A stretch of 60,818 bases of DNA from Verrucomicrobiota bacterium. Its GTDB lineage: Bacteria; Verrucomicrobiota; Kiritimatiellia; Kiritimatiellales; Pontiellaceae. The stretch is taken from the NCBI GenBank assembly GCA_039714135.1, contig JBDLJW010000001.1, forward strand, positions 1 to 60,818, written 5' to 3'. The notes under the pieces are model-generated. The model was not told the DNA's origin, did not search any database, and was given only the letters and a program-made list of their open reading frames with translations. Position numbers and translations under genes: made by a program. Shown here one piece after another: positions 1-11,029 of the stretch; position 1 is the first letter of the stretch; each line of letters opens with the position of its first letter.

Positions 1-113
1 GCATCCTGCGCATCGAATCCCTTATTACCGCAAAAAAAGCGATGGGTCGCCCAAAAGACCTCCAAACCATCCAGCAACTGGAAGTGATCCAGCGGGAGCG
101 AGAGGAATCGTAG
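1..113 (+). CDS. 3' end of a probable nucleotidyltransferase-family protein (partial, runs in from the window edge)
   Basis: Frame 3 reads ILRIESLITAKKAMGRPKDLQTIQQLEVIQREREES-stop (TAG 111-113). The L-I-x-x-K-x-x-x-G-R-P-K-D pattern resembles the C-terminus of small standalone nucleotidyltransferases. Confidence 0.5.
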   Translation, partial: ILRIESLITAKKAMGRPKDLQTIQQLEVIQREREES

Positions 114-217
114 ACCCACATATTCTCGAACACACTCGCATTACAAGCGGACTTGACGAACCCGCGCGCTTTTAAGATTCTTTCCGGCTCAATTTCAACA
201 ACAGGAAACACCCGTTT

Positions 218-2509
<2,292 letters not shown>

Positions 2510-2515
<6 letters not shown>

Positions 2516-3052
2516 CAACAACCCGGCACGGACTTCGGCGGATTTATTGGGGCTGCTGCATTCGGCGATGACCTTGAGGGCGAACTCGAAGGTCGTTCCG
2601 GGCCCTTGGCTGGTGATGAGGTGGCCGTCAACCACGACGGCTTCATCTACCGGCTGCACATCCGCTGGAAGCTTTTGCTCGACGCCGGGATAGCACGTAA
2701 ACTTTTTACCTTCCAGGATTCCGGCGGCGTGCAGTGTTAATGCGGCGGCGCAAATGGAGCCAACCCACTTTTTCTTTTCATTGAAGTCGCGGATCGCCTG
2801 CTGGACGCCGGCATGCTCGCAAAGCGCCTGTGTTCCGCCAAACCCGCCGGGCAGAAGCAGGACATCGAAATTGTCGGGGTTGATTTGATCCCAAGCGACA
2901 TCGGGAACCAGCTTAACACCCCGCGAGGCCTCAATGGTTTCTCCGGAAAGACCGGCCACAGTGACTTCCCATTCGGCGCGGCGCAGTGTGTCGATGATAA
3001 TGACGGCTTCCATTTCCTCGCAGCCGTTGGCAATTGGAACTAGCGCTTTCAT
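2510..3052 (-). CDS. DJ-1/PfpI family protein (YajL/ThiJ-like)
   Basis: GCEEMEA, LLLPGG, SICAA nucleophile elbow, ITSQGPGT. Confidence 0.92.
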
Positions 3053-3097
3053 CTTTCCCTCCTACCGAGGATTAAACACCCGCTCGAATACTCGCTC

Positions 3098-3160
3098 AAG
3101 ACACGAAGTTCACAAAGGGGAAGTCGGATGTTGGCTTCGTGTACTTCGTGCCTTTGTGTT
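3098..3160. repeat. Intergenic inverted element of ~9-nt-period CACRAAG / CTTYGTG units
   Basis: ACACGAAGTTCACAAAG ... CTTCGTGTACTTCGTGCCTTTGTG; left units are reverse complements of right units. Confidence 0.65.
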
Positions 3161-3894
3161 TATTCTATTACTTTCCGAAGTTCGGCAACCACCTGCTCAC
3201 GCAGGGATTCGGAAATAGGTTCGCCGAAGGTTTCCTGCAGGACATCGACCAGCCGCTGGCCGGAACAGACCACGACGCCGTTGACGTTCATGACCTCCTC
3301 GGGAAGCCTGGTGCCAAGAAAACAGAGGACGGAATGGACGGGCAGGTCGCCGCACCCGGCATCATCGATGAAAGAGACCAGCTCGGCGGACGCGGCCTTG
3401 ACCTGCTTGAGCGGCGGACGGGAAGGTTCCTTGCCGCCAGCATAGAGTTTTCCATCACGGAACTCGACGGAGCCTTTCCAGTTCTTGGTTTCCACCACGA
3501 ACACCCCGGCAGGGCCAACAACGATATGGTCGAAATTTTGTTTTCCGCCACCAAGGCGAAGTCCATTGAAAACGGTGTAGCCGGAATCAAGAAAGGCCAG
3601 TTCGTGTGCCACCCACTCCTCGCCTTTAGCTCCTTTCAGAAAGTTGCCGAGCCGACGGTCGCCCCAGGCCAGCAGAATGGCGGCTGTTACAGCGACGAGG
3701 AAAAAGAGGATGCCGATCTGCGAGACATTCAGCTCAGGAACCGGGAACCAGGCTCGAATCAGCCAGCCCGCCGCGAAGCAGATCAGCAAAAGCGGCCAGA
3801 AAGCGCGCAGCAGCCCCAGAACACGCGGCGCTTCGCCGGGACTGCCATAGACCCGCGCAAAACGACTGCTCAATGATTCCTTCGTTGTTTCCAT
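3160..3894 (-). CDS. Membrane-anchored NERD-domain (PD-(D/E)xK-like) nuclease-related protein
   Basis: Two hydrophobic segments, then GAKGEEWV, FDHIVVGPAGVFVVETKNWKG and PLKQV, the NERD signature. Start taken at ATG 3894 (METTKES). Confidence 0.85.
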   Translation of the reverse strand: METTKESLSSRFARVYGSPGEAPRVLGLLRAFWPLLLICFAAGWLIRAWFPVPELNVSQIGILFFLVAVTAAILLAWGDRRLGNFLKGAKGEEWVAHELAFLDSGYTVFNGLRLGGGKQNFDHIVVGPAGVFVVETKNWKGSVEFRDGKLYAGGKEPSRPPLKQVKAASAELVSFIDDAGCGDLPVHSVLCFLGTRLPEEVMNVNGVVVCSGQRLVDVLQETFGEPISESLREQVVAELRKVIE

Positions 3895-3957
3895 CCGCAC
3901 AATATAGTCACTGCCCCGATTCAAAACAACCATCCAGCATTGCAAAACCCTCAGCGG

Positions 3958-4009
3958 TGTAGCGTTGGCTCTGTGAGCCAACCAATCGGCTCTGAGAGCC
4001 GACTCTACA
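3958..4009. repeat. GTAG-type REP doublet (inverted pair of hairpins)
   Basis: TGTAG-C-GTTGGCTC TGT GAGCCAAC-CAA-TCGGCTC TGA GAGCCGA-CT-CTACA; overlaps the dapB stop codon. Confidence 0.75.
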
Positions 4010-4817
4010 ACCCCAAAACATCTTTCATGCTATAGAGCTTCGGCTCCTTGCCGGCAACCCATGCGGCGGCCTGCAGGGCGCCGATGGCGAAGACATCGCG
4101 GCTGGTGGCGCGGTGCGACAACTCAAGCAGCTCACCCATGCCGGCCAGCATGACGGTGTGGTCGCCCACAATATCACCGCCGCGAATGGCGTGAAACCCT
4201 ATCTCCTGTTCCGGACGCTCGCCCGGCAGACCTGTGCGGCCATCCACTTGAACATCCGCCAGATCCCAGTCGTAGCCATTGGCCGCGGCGCGACCAAGCA
4301 TGAGCGCGGTGCCGCTGGGCGAATCCTTCTTCTGGTTGTGGTGGCGTTCGAGCACTTCGATATCATAGCCCTTGCCCTTGAGCGCGCGGGCTCCGGCCTC
4401 GACCAGATTACAAAGCAGGTTGATGCCCAGACTCATGTTTCCCGAAAGCACCACGGCGCTTTTTCCCGCGGCGGCGTCAATAGCTGCAAGCTCTTCATCG
4501 TTAAGTCCGGTCGTGCCGATCACCCATGCCGTACCCCACTCCGCAATGCGCGGTGCATTGCCCGCGGTACCGTGATGCGAGGAAAAATCGATGATTACGT
4601 CGGCATCCTTGCCTACCTCTTCGAGGTTGTTGATCAGCTTGACGCCCGCCTCTTTGGTGCCAGCCATCAAACCGGCATCCATTCCAAGCTCGGGAACATC
4701 CCACAAATCAACCGCGCCATGCAGCTCCAGGCCTTGGACCTTTTCCTCCATGATGCAACGGATCAGAGCCTTGCCCATGCGGCCGCCAGCTCCTAGGATT
4801 ACAACTTTCGTTTTCAT
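4005..4817 (-). CDS. dapB: 4-hydroxy-tetrahydrodipicolinate reductase
   Basis: GAGGRMG, IDFS, VIGTTG, ERHHNQKKDSPSGTA, IRGGDIVGDH. Confidence 0.97.
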   Translation of the reverse strand: MKTKVVILGAGGRMGKALIRCIMEEKVQGLELHGAVDLWDVPELGMDAGLMAGTKEAGVKLINNLEEVGKDADVIIDFSSHHGTAGNAPRIAEWGTAWVIGTTGLNDEELAAIDAAAGKSAVVLSGNMSLGINLLCNLVEAGARALKGKGYDIEVLERHHNQKKDSPSGTALMLGRAAANGYDWDLADVQVDGRTGLPGERPEQEIGFHAIRGGDIVGDHTVMLAGMGELLELSHRATSRDVFAIGALQAAAWVAGKEPKLYSMKDVLGL

Positions 4818-4838
4818 GAATTCACCTTCTAGTTTTCA

Positions 4839-4896
4839 TCCACAGATTTCACAGATTAGCAGGATTAAATCTGTGAACATCTGCGTAATCTGTGGA
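4839..4896. repeat. Intergenic inverted element of ~9-nt-period CACAGATT / AATCTGTG units
   Basis: TCCACAGATT TCACAGATT AGCAGGATT / AAATCTGTG AACATCTGCG TAATCTGTGGA, between dapA and dapB. Confidence 0.75.
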
Positions 4897-4907
4897 AACC
4901 TAAAAAA

Positions 4908-5777
4908 TCAGAGAATGCCGGCTACTTCCAGCGTGGTGCGTAGCACCGCTTTGTTTTCATCGGTCGTCGAGCACATCGGCAAACGGTAGATCTCTTCGAG
5001 CATTCCCTTCATGGCCATGGCGGCCTTGATTGGGATCGGGTTGGTGTCGATGAACAGATCGTCGAATACCTTGGCATATTTATCATGCATCGATTGGGCG
5101 GTTTCATAGTCACCCGCAAGCGCGGCCTGAATCAACGAGCTCATTTCGGCCGGAATAATGTTCGAGGCCACGGAAATAACGCCGCAGGCACCCTCCTTGA
5201 TCATTGGAAGCGCGAGCGAGTCGTCGCCCGACACCACCTCGATATCGCACAGCTTTTTGATCTCCGTAACCCGCTCAACACAGCCTGCCGCCTCTTTTAC
5301 AGAGACAATGTGCTCGTGCTTGGAAAGCTCTGCGACCACTTCCAGAGGGATCTCCCTTGCAGAGCGCCCAGGCACGTTGTAGAGCACCACCGGAACACCG
5401 AGGTCGGCCACGGCGGAAAAGTGCTGAATCAGGCCGGAATTGTTCGGCTTGTTGTAATATGGCGTCACCTGCAGCGTTCCATCAACACCGAACTCCTTGG
5501 CGGCCGCCGTCCATTCGACCGCCTCGGCGGTCGAGTTTGCTCCGGTTCCCGCAATGATCCTGCAGCGGCCCGCCGCCCTTTCAGTCACGGTCTGGATCAC
5601 CTGCAAATGCTCGTCCGGGCGTAGCGTCGGCGACTCGCCGGTCGTCCCGACCGGAACGATGCCATCCACGCCGCCGACGATATTAAATTCAACCAGTTCT
5701 TCCAGCTTCTGGAAGTCGATTGAACCGTCTTGTGCAAAGGGCGTGACCAATGCTGTGTAAACTCCTGTAAAAAACAT
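4908..5777 (-). CDS. dapA: 4-hydroxy-tetrahydrodipicolinate synthase
   Basis: ALVTPF, GTTGESPTL, TPYYNKP, LYNVPGR, VKEA, SGDD, NPIPIK. AAGGAG RBS upstream of ATG 5777. Confidence 0.97.
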   Translation of the reverse strand: MFFTGVYTALVTPFAQDGSIDFQKLEELVEFNIVGGVDGIVPVGTTGESPTLRPDEHLQVIQTVTERAAGRCRIIAGTGANSTAEAVEWTAAAKEFGVDGTLQVTPYYNKPNNSGLIQHFSAVADLGVPVVLYNVPGRSAREIPLEVVAELSKHEHIVSVKEAAGCVERVTEIKKLCDIEVVSGDDSLALPMIKEGACGVISVASNIIPAEMSSLIQAALAGDYETAQSMHDKYAKVFDDLFIDTNPIPIKAAMAMKGMLEEIYRLPMCSTTDENKAVLRTTLEVAGIL

Positions 5778-5787
5778 CTTATTCTCC

Positions 5788-7053
5788 TTACGTCCCGAAC
5801 GACTGTAGTCCATCAAAGTCCAGTGTTGCAAAATAATCATTCACGGTTTCGGCGCGGCGGATTTGAACCACATCGCCATTTTCGCGCAACAATAATTCAG
5901 CCGAGCGCAGCTTGGCGTTGTAGTTGAAGCCCATGGCATGTCCATGTGCGCCGGCATCGTGAATGACGACAAGATCGTCGATCTCGACCTGCGGGATGGC
6001 GCGGTCGATGGCAAATTTGTCGTTGTTTTCGCAGAGCGAACCGGTGACATCGCAGACAAAATCGCACGGGGTGTCATCCTTGCCCGGAACCGTGATGTGA
6101 TGGTAGGCGCCGTAGAGCGCCGGACGCATCAGGTTGACCATGCAGGCATCAAGCCCGACAAACTGCTTGTAGGTGTTTTTCTTGTGCAGGACACGGCTGA
6201 CAAGATAGCCGTACGGGCCCGTCACCATCCGCCCGCACTCCATGCGCAGATCGAGCGGCTTCAGCCCCTTGCCGACAATCAGTTCTTCATAGAGTTTGCG
6301 GATGCCTTCGCCGACCGCTTCAAGGTCGACCGCCTCGTCTTCCGGCTTGTATGGAACGCCGATGCCGCCGCCAATGTTAACGAACTCGAACTCGATGCCG
6401 AGTTCGGCGGAGAGCTCGCCCACCAGCTCGAAGAGGATGTGCGCGGTTTCGACGAAGTAGGAGCCGTCCAGCTCGTTCGACGCCACCATCGTGTGCAGAC
6501 CGAAGCGCTTTACGCCCTTGTCGCGCAGGATGCGGTAGCCTTCGAAAAGCTGCTCGCGGGTAAACCCATACTTTGCCTCCTCCGGGTGGCCAATAATTGC
6601 GTTGCCCCCCTTGAGCGGGCCGGGGTTGTAGCGAAAGCAGACCAGCTCCGGCAGACCAACGTGCTCTTCCAGATAGGCAATATGCGAAATGTCGTCGAGG
6701 TTGATGATCGCGCCCAGCTCGGCTGCCTTTTTATATTCGTACGCAGGCGTATCGTTGGAGGTAAAGATAATGTCCTCGCCCGTCACACCGACGCTCTCGG
6801 AAAGCAGCAGCTCCGGATAGGACGAGCAGTCCGACCCAAACCCCTCGCTCTTGAGAACCTTCATCAGATACGGGTTCGGCGCAGCCTTCACTGCGAAATA
6901 TTCCTTGAAGCCCGGATTCCACGCGAAGGCCGCCTTCAGCTGGCGCGCATTCTCGCGGATCCCCTTCTCGTCATAGATGTGGAACGGCGTCGGAAAACGC
7001 TCCGTCAGCGCCTCCAGCTGCTCCCTGTTCAACGGACACTTCTTTTCTGCCAT
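5788..7053 (-). CDS. lysA: Diaminopimelate decarboxylase
   Basis: TPFHIYDE, YFAVKA (PLP Lys), NIGGG, ECGR, MRPALYGAYH, GSLCENND, GFNYN. Start at ATG 7053. Confidence 0.96.
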   Translation of the reverse strand: MAEKKCPLNREQLEALTERFPTPFHIYDEKGIRENARQLKAAFAWNPGFKEYFAVKAAPNPYLMKVLKSEGFGSDCSSYPELLLSESVGVTGEDIIFTSNDTPAYEYKKAAELGAIINLDDISHIAYLEEHVGLPELVCFRYNPGPLKGGNAIIGHPEEAKYGFTREQLFEGYRILRDKGVKRFGLHTMVASNELDGSYFVETAHILFELVGELSAELGIEFEFVNIGGGIGVPYKPEDEAVDLEAVGEGIRKLYEELIVGKGLKPLDLRMECGRMVTGPYGYLVSRVLHKKNTYKQFVGLDACMVNLMRPALYGAYHHITVPGKDDTPCDFVCDVTGSLCENNDKFAIDRAIPQVEIDDLVVIHDAGAHGHAMGFNYNAKLRSAELLLRENGDVVQIRRAETVNDYFATLDFDGLQSFGT

Positions 7054-7076
7054 GGTCTTCTCCTGAAATAACATAA

Positions 7077-7105
7077 AGAGCGGCGGCAAGCCGCCGCTCT
7101 CCAAA
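7077..7105. repeat. GC-rich perfect palindrome, REP-like
   Basis: AGAGCGGCGGC AA GCCGCCGCTCT followed by CCAAA, in the argG-lysA spacer; no clear U-tract on the sense strand. Confidence 0.55.
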
Positions 7106-7118
7106 GCGCTTTGCGCAG

Positions 7119-8321
7119 CTATGCTTCGTTTTTCATCGTTGCCAGCACACGTAGGCGCAGGGCGTTGAGCTTGATGAAACCGGTGGCATCGGACTGGTCG
7201 TAGCCGCCTGCCTCATCGAAGCTGACGAGTTTGGGGCTGTAGAGCGAGTACGGCGACCGGCGACCGCAGACGTGGACGCCGCCCTTGAAGAGCTTGACGC
7301 GCACGTCGCCGCTGACGGTTTCCTGGCTCTGGGTGATTGCGGCCTGGAGCATTTCGCGCTCGGGTGCAAACCAGAAGCCGTTGTAGACCAGCTCCGCATA
7401 TTTCGGGATCAGGCCGTCACGCAGGTGCATCGTTTCGCGGTCCATACAGATGGATTCCAGCGCACGGTGCGCATGGTGCAGGATGGTTCCGCCGGGGGTT
7501 TCGTACACGCCGCGGTCCTTCATGCCGGTGAAACGGTTTTCTACGATATCGATGCGGCCGACGGCGTGCTCGCAACCAAGGGCATTGAGCTTCTTCAGCA
7601 AAGCGGCTGGGCTGAGCTTTTCGCCATTGACCGCTACCGGGATACCCTTCTCAAAACCGATTTCGATGGTTTCGGGTTCGTCGGCAGCCTGGCTAAGCGG
7701 CTTGGTCATGCACCACATGTCTTCATCGGGCTCGTTCCAAGGATCTTCGAGAATGCCGCCTTCAAAGCTGATGTGCAGCATGTTGCGGTCCATACTGTAG
7801 GGCTTGGAGGCGGAAACCGTGCTCGGAATCCCTTTTTCTTCGAGGTACTTGATCATGTCGATGCGGCCTTCGAACGGGAAGTCTTCGGGCATACGCCACG
7901 GGGCGATCACCTTCACATCGGGCTTGAGGGCATAGGCGGTCAGTTCGAAGCGAACCTGATCGTTGCCCTTGCCGGTAGCGCCGTGGCAGATGGCTTCGGC
8001 GCCTTCGGCGTTGGCGATGTCGATCATGCGCTTGGCGATGAGCGGACGCGCAATGGAGGTTCCGAGCAGGTAGGTGCCTTCGTAGATGGCGTTGGCCTGC
8101 ATGATCGGATAGATGTAGTCCTTGGCGAACTCTTCCTCGACGTTGTCGACATAGCACTTGACCGCGCCATGCTGGAGAGCCTTTTCCTCGAGACCGTCGA
8201 GTTCTTCCTCCTGCCCTACGTTCGCGCAGTAGCAGATGACCTCGGCGTTGTATTTTTCCTGAAGCCAGGTAAGCAGCACGGTGGTATCAAGACCACCGGA
8301 ATAAGCGAGTACTACTTTCAT
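7119..8321 (-). CDS. argG: Argininosuccinate synthase
   Basis: [45 protein letters not shown]. Confidence 0.98.
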   Translation of the reverse strand: MKVVLAYSGGLDTTVLLTWLQEKYNAEVICYCANVGQEEELDGLEEKALQHGAVKCYVDNVEEEFAKDYIYPIMQANAIYEGTYLLGTSIARPLIAKRMIDIANAEGAEAICHGATGKGNDQVRFELTAYALKPDVKVIAPWRMPEDFPFEGRIDMIKYLEEKGIPSTVSASKPYSMDRNMLHISFEGGILEDPWNEPDEDMWCMTKPLSQAADEPETIEIGFEKGIPVAVNGEKLSPAALLKKLNALGCEHAVGRIDIVENRFTGMKDRGVYETPGGTILHHAHRALESICMDRETMHLRDGLIPKYAELVYNGFWFAPEREMLQAAITQSQETVSGDVRVKLFKGGVHVCGRRSPYSLYSPKLVSFDEAGGYDQSDATGFIKLNALRLRVLATMKNEA

Positions 8322-8339
8322 GATTGAATCCTTTCTACC

Positions 8340-8702
8340 TTAAAATGGAATATCGTCTTCGTATTCGTCGAAATCGGCCGGAACATCCTTGTCGGAAACC
8401 GGAGGATTGTCGCCGCCTGCGGGCGCGGCGCTACTGGACCCGGCTTCGACTTTCCACGCCTGCAGGTTGTTGAAATAGCGCCCATTGTGTTCGCGGCCGC
8501 GAATATCGAACGTGGCGGTCACTTCCTGCCCCACCTCAAGGGTATCAAGCAAGCTCACCTTGTCCTGAACGCACTGCAGGCAAATATCCTGCGGGTACTT
8601 CCCGTCCTCGACCGTTACCACGAACTCGCGAACCGTAAACCCGCTACCGAAGGTTTTCGCCTCCATCACGACTTTTACTTTGCCTGTTAAATCATATGCC
8701 AT
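8340..8702 (-). CDS. DUF3127-like protein; OB-fold/SSB-like with acidic DDIPF tail
   Basis: FGSGFTVREFVV, YPQDI, FDIRGRE, YFNNLQAWKV, Pro/Ala linker, then ...DFDEYEDDIPF. Start at ATG 8702. Confidence 0.85.
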   Translation of the reverse strand: MAYDLTGKVKVVMEAKTFGSGFTVREFVVTVEDGKYPQDICLQCVQDKVSLLDTLEVGQEVTATFDIRGREHNGRYFNNLQAWKVEAGSSSAAPAGGDNPPVSDKDVPADFDEYEDDIPF

Positions 8703-8715
8703 TCTACTTTCCTTT

Positions 8716-9957
8716 CTATTCTCCCTGCCCGCACTGGCAGGGATTCGGCGACTGCGCCGCCATTTCATCATGAAGCTCCACGCAGGCTTCGCCAATCATC
8801 TGCAACGCCTGATCGATTTCTTCCTGCGATACATTCAGCGGGGGCAACAAGCGGAGAACATTACCCGCTGTAGCCAGCGCAAGCATGCCTTTTTCCTGCA
8901 ATTTTTTCTGCAAGGGAGCCGCCGGAACATCAAGCACCAGCCCGAGCAACAGCCCAAGACCCCGAACGCCGGAAATCCACTTTTTGTGCTTCATGGAAAT
9001 TTCGCAAAGCCCCTCTACAAGATAGGCCCCCATCATCATTGTATTGGCGAGCAGTTCCTCTTCGTCGATCACCTCGGCAACCGACAACGCGGCCGCACAC
9101 GCCAGCGGCGTTCCACCAAAGGTTGTCGCGTGGTGTCCGGGCTGGAAAACATCCGACAGCTTTTCGCCGGCAACGATCGCCCCGATCGGGAATCCGTTAC
9201 CAAGGCCTTTGGCCAGGGAAAAAGCATCCGGCTGAATGTCATAGTTCTGAAAACCAAACCATTTACCGGTCCGTCCCACCCCCGCCTGCACCTCATCGCA
9301 CAGCAACAGGATGCCCTTTTCGTCGCAAAGCCTCCGGAGGTCTGAAAGGAATTCCGGCTCGGCGGGAATCACTCCGCCTTCGCCCTGCAGCGCTTCGACC
9401 AGCACCGCGGCGGTCTTCGATGTAATAGCGTCTTCCACGGATTGCAAATCGTTGAAGTTGGCATAGGCAAAACCTGCCGGCAACGGGCCGAACCCGGCCT
9501 GAACCTTGTCTTGCCCCGTGGCGGTCAATGTGGCCAGCGTCCGGCCATGAAACGACTGCCGCATGGTGACGATTTCATATTTCCCATGCTCGCTGCCCCA
9601 AAGCCGCGCCAACTTGATCAGCCCCTCGTTGGCTTCCGCCCCCGAATTGCAGAAAAAGCATTTTGCCCCCGGCAATGCGGAATGCTCCGCCAGCACCTTG
9701 GCAAGCTGCGGCTGCTTTTCATTGTAGTAAAGGTTTGAAACATGCACCAAGGTTTCTACCTGATCCTGCACCGCCCGCACCATTTTCGGGTGGCAATGGC
9801 CAATATTGGTGACAGCGATACCCGAAACAAAGTCGAGATATTCATTCCCCTCCGCATCCCAAACGCTCGTACCCGAACCCTCCACCAAGGCAATGCCCGG
9901 CGCGTAGGTCGGCATCAGGTGTTGTTTTTGAAGCCCAGCTATTTCCCCTGTTTTCAT
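8716..9957 (-). CDS. argD: Acetylornithine aminotransferase (class III PLP)
   Basis: YLDFVSGIAV, NSGAEANE, SFHGRT, QGEGG, DEVQAGVGRTG, AKGLGNG, TFGG; in an arg gene context. Confidence 0.93.
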   Translation of the reverse strand: MKTGEIAGLQKQHLMPTYAPGIALVEGSGTSVWDAEGNEYLDFVSGIAVTNIGHCHPKMVRAVQDQVETLVHVSNLYYNEKQPQLAKVLAEHSALPGAKCFFCNSGAEANEGLIKLARLWGSEHGKYEIVTMRQSFHGRTLATLTATGQDKVQAGFGPLPAGFAYANFNDLQSVEDAITSKTAAVLVEALQGEGGVIPAEPEFLSDLRRLCDEKGILLLCDEVQAGVGRTGKWFGFQNYDIQPDAFSLAKGLGNGFPIGAIVAGEKLSDVFQPGHHATTFGGTPLACAAALSVAEVIDEEELLANTMMMGAYLVEGLCEISMKHKKWISGVRGLGLLLGLVLDVPAAPLQKKLQEKGMLALATAGNVLRLLPPLNVSQEEIDQALQMIGEACVELHDEMAAQSPNPCQCGQGE

Positions 9958-9983
9958 TTCAAGTTTCCAGTTTCAGGTTTCTA
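9950..9983. repeat. Heptamer tandem repeat (RTTTCNN x4) filling the argB-argD spacer
   Basis: ATTTCAA GTTTCCA GTTTCAG GTTTCTA at 9956-9983. Confidence 0.6.
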
Positions 9984-10853
9984 CTCGGTTATCTCTGTCC
10001 CGACCCCTTCAGTCGTAAACAGCTCCAGCAAAAGCGAGTGAGGCATCGAGGAATCGATGATATGGGCCTTCTTGATGCCCGACTTGACCGCCCCCGCCAT
10101 GCCGCGGATTTTGGGCAACATACCGCCGGAAATCACACCGCGCTCAATCAGCTCGTCCACCTCGCTCAAGTGCAACGAGGAGATTAGCGACGACGTGTCC
10201 GCCGGATCGCGTAACAACCCCGGAACGTCGGTCAGGAAAACCAGCTTTCGGGCCTTGAGTGCACGGGCAATCGCCGTGGCCGCATCGTCGGCATTGATAT
10301 TGTAGAGGTGGCCGTCGGCTCCCCGTCCAAGCGGGGTGATCACTGGAACAATGTCCGACCTCAGATAAGCCTGGATAGGCTCGACATCCACATGGTTGAC
10401 TCTTCCGACATAGCCCCAATCGATCGACTCCTTGGTCCCCGGATCTATTCCCGTCATCTTGTCGACCTGAATAATGTCTTCTCCATGAATGCCCCGCGCC
10501 TTGCCGTGGAATTGCTGGATGATCTCCACCAGGTGCGGATTGACCTCCCGGTTCAGCACCTTCTCCACCACACCAATCGTCGCTTCGTCGGTAACGCGCA
10601 AGCCATGAATAAAGTTGGGCGCAATATCGGCCTCCCGCATCGCCCGCGAAATAGCCTTGCCGCCGCCATGCACCACGACCGGGAACAATCCGACGCATTC
10701 CATGAACGCAATATCCTGAAGGATCCGGCGGTAGCCCTCCTCGCTCTCCATGATACTGCCGCCAAACTTGACCACCACGATCTCGCCGCGGAACTGCTGG
10801 ATGAAAGGCAACGCTTCCGTCAACGCTGCCGCCTTTTCAATAAACTTATCCAT
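9981..10853 (-). CDS. argB: Acetylglutamate kinase
   Basis: EALPFI, VVKFGGS, VVHGGG, GLRVTD, YNINAD, LTDVPG, GGMLPK. Confidence 0.97.
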   Translation of the reverse strand: MDKFIEKAAALTEALPFIQQFRGEIVVVKFGGSIMESEEGYRRILQDIAFMECVGLFPVVVHGGGKAISRAMREADIAPNFIHGLRVTDEATIGVVEKVLNREVNPHLVEIIQQFHGKARGIHGEDIIQVDKMTGIDPGTKESIDWGYVGRVNHVDVEPIQAYLRSDIVPVITPLGRGADGHLYNINADDAATAIARALKARKLVFLTDVPGLLRDPADTSSLISSLHLSEVDELIERGVISGGMLPKIRGMAGAVKSGIKKAHIIDSSMPHSLLLELFTTEGVGTEITE

Positions 10854-11029
10854 TAATCGTTTCCTGTTTTGTATTCCGCAGGCTCTTCCGCCACCACCGC
10901 CGGCCCGGTCGGCACAGTGGTTCCATATGGAGCATTCTTCACAAATTCAAACCGCTGGATTTCCCGATTGAATACATACAGTTCTCCCAGCTCCTTCAAG
11001 ACATGGTCGAAATCATTCATCGATGCCAT
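10853..11029 (-). CDS. Small hypothetical protein (58 aa; not in the ORF track)
   Basis: MASMNDFDHVLKELGELYVFNREIQRFEFVKNAPYGTTVPTGPAVVAEEPAEYKTGND-stop. Its start overlaps the upstream NTase end and its TAA overlaps the argB ATG (TAATG). Alternative start at 11020. Confidence 0.65.
   Translation of the reverse strand: MASMNDFDHVLKELGELYVFNREIQRFEFVKNAPYGTTVPTGPAVVAEEPAEYKTGND

Noticed and set aside
153-178. TTGACG...TAAGAT promoter upstream of tex
   Set aside because: Spacer is only 14 nt; not supportable.
4839-4896. Repeats as a CRISPR array
   Set aside because: Units are about 9 nt, inverted, with no spacers and no cas genes; no CRISPR array seen anywhere in the window.
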